Of a stretch of 64,000 nt of DNA, positions 63,776 through 64,000 are shown in pieces; position 1 is the stretch's first letter, and each line of letters opens with the position of its first letter. Where the stretch lies: the NCBI GenBank assembly GCA_964016885.1, contig OZ024740.1, positions 102,486,001-102,550,000 on the forward strand. Direction: 5' to 3'. A program made the translations under genes and the position numbers. The notes under the pieces were generated by a model. It was not told the origin of the DNA and searched no databases. It saw only the letters and a list, made by a program, of their open reading frames with translations. Origin of the DNA: Eledone cirrhosa. Its lineage: Eukaryota.

Positions 63776-64000
63776 AGTACCTATAAAATTGGAAATGATT
63801 AAAAGAAAAACACCTGTCACAAGACTAGAAATACACCAAGCTTGTGCTTATACTGGAATCATTATCAATAACCAACAGAAGATGCTAGTCTGTCACAAGG
63901 TTAGCCGCCATGGTACCATGTTACTCATTTTTTTACTTGAGCATAAAAATGAAGTTTCCTGCTTGCCCAATGACAAAGCGCACCACCTGGTTCAGGTTTT

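Overview
AT-rich, microsatellite- and transposon-dense eukaryotic DNA. The repeat landscape suggests a coleoid cephalopod such as Octopus; this is an inference. Two host genes lie on the + strand. (1) The 3' end of an unidentified spliced gene: exons 6341-6477 and 16763-16889, plus a possible microexon at 280-299. It encodes a Tyr/Pro-rich tail ending in a class I PDZ-binding-type motif (-ATNV) and is followed by about 10 kb of LINE-free, 3'UTR-like sequence. (2) A C/EBP-gamma-like bZIP gene with a single-exon CDS at 60578-60985 and inferred 5' exons near 53.9-54.2 kb; these would create a spliced uORF overlapping the main ATG. Most of the rest is mobile DNA: one intact full-length RTE-clade LINE (APE+RT, 40244-43552, - strand) sitting in (TA)n with a structured 5'UTR; several decayed RTE copies of a second family carrying a PHD finger inside the RT domain; CRE-, Vingi-, Gypsy-, mariner- and Tc1-like remnants; piggyBac-like MITEs; Helitron/HINE-like non-autonomous elements; several SINE families; SINE-derived tandem arrays; long hairpins; and a degenerate hammerhead-like motif. 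Most ORF-track entries are microsatellite artefacts or antisense shadows of transposons. All family calls come from motif recognition by eye, without database searches, and repeat boundaries are approximate.
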